Below are positions 61,445 to 64,000 of a stretch of 64,000 nt of DNA, in pieces (position 1 is the first letter of the stretch; each line of letters opens with the position of its first letter). Both the position numbers and the translations under genes were made by a program. Source of the stretch: Callorhinchus milii (Eukaryota). The notes under the pieces are model-generated. The model saw only the letters and a program-made list of their open reading frames with translations, made no database searches and was not told the DNA's origin. The stretch is taken from contig NW_024704742.1 in assembly GCF_018977255.1 (NCBI RefSeq), forward strand, positions 94,180,001 through 94,244,000, read 5' to 3'.

Positions 61445-64000
61445 ACAACAACAAACTACGCTTGTACAGCATCCTTCACGTCAGAAAGACATCCCAGGGC
61501 GCAGGACAATCAGGGGTTTTGACCCCGAGTTGGGAGTTGGGGTCAGAAGGGGAGGAGGGCAGGGGGGTGGGAGGGTGGCCGAAGGCATAATCAAAGAGGA
61601 AGGTCTTCAGACGGGACTTGAAGGAGGCAAGAGAGGGGGTGAGGTGGAGGGATTGCGGGATAGAGGTCCAGAATGTGGGGCCAAAGATGTTGAATGCTGG
61701 ATGACCAATGGTGAGGAGGGAAGTGCAGGGAACCTGAAGCAGGCCGGTATCCACCGAGCAGAGGGAACGGACAGGCTGATATGCGGTTATGAGTCGGAGA
61801 GGTCGGGGGAGCAAGACCATGGTGGGCCTTGAAGGTAAGAACAAGGGTTTTGTACTCAATTCTCTGAGGAATGGGGAGCCAGTGAAGCCGGACAAGAACA
61901 GGGGTGATAGGTTCCCGGAACCTGGTGCGACAGAAGACACGAGCTGTAGAGTTCTGAATAATGTGCAGCTTGTGGAGGGAAGTGTTGGGAAGTCCACCGA
62001 GCAGGTAGTTGGCGTAGTCAAGCCAGGACGTAATGAAAGTGTGGATCAGGGTCTCGGTGGCTTGTGGTGAGAGGCAGTGGCAGAGTCGGGCAATATTGCA
62101 GAGGTGTGGAAAGGCGGTACGGGTCATGGCACGAATGTGGGATTTTTAGGATAGCTAACGCTCGAAAAGGACACCAAGGTTTCGGATTGGCTCGGTGAGG
62201 TGAAGAGTGCAGCCATGAATGGTAATAGTGTCAGTGGCTGAGGTAAGGAGGCACTGCAGGAAGCCAAGTAGGACAGCTCTGTCTTGTCAACACTGAGCTG
62301 GAGGAAGTTGGCTCTCGTCCAGGACTTGATGTTAGACTGAAAATTAGCCAGGACATCAAGTGTCCTGGAGTCAAGGGTAGAGGCGGCGAGGTAGAGTTGG
62401 ATTTCGGTGAGATAAGAGTTGGGTGTCAACTGTATACATGTGGAAATTGACTCCATACCTGCGGATGACATCACCGAGCAAGAACATGTATAGATTGAAG
62501 AGGAAGGGGCTGAGGACAGAGCCCTGAGGGACGCCACACGTGACAATTCGGGGACTAGAGGAGGAGCCGTTGGTGGCCACGAAGTGCAGACGGTGGGAAG
62601 GTAGGATTGGAACCAGGTAAGAACAGAACCATTGAGGTGGAAGTGAGAGGAGAGGCGGTGGAGAAGAATAGAGTGATCAACAGTATCGATAATGACTGAG
62701 AGGTGGAGAAGGGCGAGGAGACAGAGGGCTCTGACCACAGGTGGACAGAATGTCTTTTGTCACTTTGAACAGAGCTGTCTCTGTGCTCTGTGCAGCCAGA
62801 AACGCAGATTGGAGGGGTACCTGGAGGGAATGCTGAAAGAGGAAATAGCGAAGCTGGGAAGCGATGACTCATTCCACAACCTTTGATACAAAAGGAGGTT
62901 TGAAATTGGGCGGTAGTTGGAGAGCAGAGATGGGTCAAGGGAAGGTTTTTTGAGGGTAGGGATGATGATGGTTGTCTTTAGGGGGAAGGGTACGGTGCCA
63001 TGGACAGGGAGAAGTTAGCAAAGTCTGTTAGTAGGGGGGCAAGGAGGTGGAGTTGGGAGGTGAGGAGAGGGTTAGGGAGCAGATGGTGGGTTTCATATGG
63101 GAAATGATGGAGGTGAGCGAAGAGGCAGAGACAGGGTCAAAAGTGTGGAGGGAGGGGTGGGGGAGCTGGAAGGGGAGTGGGAGGTGGGGACAGGGTGCTG
63201 GAAGAGCAGAGCAGATCCCCTCAACTTTGGACTCGAGAAAATCCATCATTTCTTCGCATTTGGTGTTGGAGGAGAGGATGGCAGAGGATGGGAGGGTGGA
63301 CGGAGGAGTTGGTTTATGGTAGAAAAGAGGAGTTTGGGGTTGTCCTTAGCTTCGAAGATGATTTTGCAATAAAAGGATGACTTAGCTGAGACGAGGGCAG
63401 AGAGGTAGGTCTTGATGCAGTTCTGCTAGATCCCACGGTGAACTGTTAATTTGGATTTGGGCCAGGTGCATTCGGTGGAGCGAACCTGAAATTTGAGGGA
63501 GGGGAAGCAGCTGGTGTACCAGGGGCATTGGTACGGGAGATGACGGGGGCAAGAGGGTCGAGAATAGCTGAGAGGGAGTTGTTTAGAAGGGTGATCAAGG
63601 AGGGTAGATCATTGCAGGAGGAAGGCCAGAGAGTAGGAGTTCAGATGCCTCCAGGGCAGCGGAGAGGGCATGGAGGGGGATTTTTCTCCAGAGGCAATAG
63701 GAGATGCACGTGGGGTAGGTGGCAGGGAGGGGGATGGAGGAGTAAAGGGAGATGAAATAGTGATCTGAATTGTCTTTGTCAGTGATGGTGACATCAGAGA
63801 TGGTAAGGCCCTGGGTTATAACCAGATCTATCGGGTGGCCATGGATGTGAGTGATGCAGTTGATGTGGAGGGAGAGGTGAGGAGAGGAGAGAGGAGAAGT
63901 CAGCAGATGTGGAGCAAAAAGGGGTGAAGTGGAGATTAAAGTTTCCCAAGATGATGAAGAGTTCAGAACAGACACAGAGGGAAGACAGGAGGGTGGGGAT
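61445..64000 (-). mobile_element. Degenerate L2 LINE (APE C-terminal part plus RT), runs off the window end
   Basis: [50 protein letters not shown]; (CAA)n tail at ~61445. Confidence 0.9.

Noticed and set aside
1..64000. miR-23b/27b/24-1 cluster expected in AOPEP introns
   Set aside because: Mature sequences were not found by eye on either strand. In mammals the cluster is nearer the gene's 3' end, which lies beyond coordinate 1.

Overview
Eukaryotic, repeat-rich vertebrate DNA. The SINE/LINE types point to a cartilaginous fish, probably a holocephalan such as Callorhinchus (inference). The whole window lies inside one minus-strand gene, aminopeptidase O (AOPEP/C9orf3, M1 zinc metallopeptidase). 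Three consecutive coding exons (55357-55510, 51051-51299, 2829-3018) splice in frame across introns of 4,057 bp and 48,032 bp. The rest is intronic: about 14 copies of a young tRNA(Ala)-headed SINE sharing its 3' stem-loop tail with L2-clade LINEs, many L2 fragments, a 5'-truncated CR1 LINE, ancient Deu-domain SINEs, a TIR-bounded non-autonomous DNA transposon, Penelope-like fragments (one with a decayed hammerhead ribozyme core) and an unclassified ~0.6 kb dispersed repeat. No prokaryotic-type system (CRISPR, operon) is present, and I cannot support a claim of a wholly new biological system. The most unusual items are a SINE wrapped in a ~200 bp inverted duplication of its own extended tail, a second SINE copy carrying the same ~165 bp 3' extension, a visible modular SINE evolution series, the hammerhead relic, and candidate cryptic splice signals in the 48 kb intron. 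Repeat boundaries are by eye and approximate; exon boundaries are base-exact.
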